Source of the DNA: a virus
Lineage: Duplodnaviria; Heunggongvirae; Uroviricota; Caudoviricetes
Direction: 5' to 3' (one strand)
DNA: 64,000 nt
IMG/VR virus record: IMGVR_UViG_2868597578_000002
In this document: piece by piece, positions 63,903 through 64,000 of the stretch
How the letters are laid out: every line of letters starts with the position of its first letter
Position numbering within the stretch: the stretch's first letter is position 1
The notes under the pieces: generated by a model
Database searches by the model: none
Told to the model about the DNA's origin: nothing
What the model saw: the letters and a program-made list of their open reading frames with translations, nothing else
Made by a program: the position numbers and the translations under genes

Positions 63903-64000
63903 ATCTATGACCTCCCTTTGTTTCTGCGCTTTTTTAAGCACATATATATTATGCCAAATTTTTCAAAAAAAAGAAAGGCTGAAAAAGAAAGGACGATAAG

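Noticed and set aside
1-64000. Classification as a jumbo phage
   Set aside because: tRNA array, thyA and CRISPR fit either type, but no capsid, terminase, tail or polymerase gene is recognisable here while VirB6-like, PcfJ-like and MobV genes point to a plasmid-like element; left open.

Overview
A 64-kb piece of a large, AT-rich mobile replicon, most likely a conjugative megaplasmid or phage-plasmid of a gut Lachnospiraceae/Clostridiales host (inference from gene families; no rRNA, core housekeeping operon or phage structural gene recognised). Left to right: two VirB6/TrbL-like membrane genes; a 4.7-kb array of 25 tRNA genes covering 19 amino acids, interspersed with broken tRNAs, micro-ORFs and structured non-tRNA segments; two paralogous Zn-ribbon membrane genes; a divergent type I-E CRISPR-Cas locus without cas1/cas2 (cas8e-cas11-cas7-cas5-cas6e, array 1, cas3, array 2); thyA; then mostly single-gene cassettes (five signal-less BspA-type LRR paralogs, two DUF5688-like genes, bacterial PARG, ADP-ribosylglycohydrolase, RecD2, HPr-like, PcfJ-like, Pth2, Fic, GIY-YIG, MobV). 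Most cassettes start with a shared GCATA(T/C)T(A/G) promoter-like motif. Two observations stand out. (1) A ~430-bp non-coding IS200/IS605-type element with its own promoter and a structured RNA sits once in a tRNA relic and once inside a CRISPR spacer, where removing it restores an exact 32-nt spacer; this could turn the spacer into a TnpB-style guide followed by a Cas6 cut site. (2) A family of 35-216-bp hairpin micro-elements ending in (T/C)ATC|A has inserted into a tRNA anticodon loop, a GIY-YIG nuclease gene and an LRR gene, and nests inside itself.
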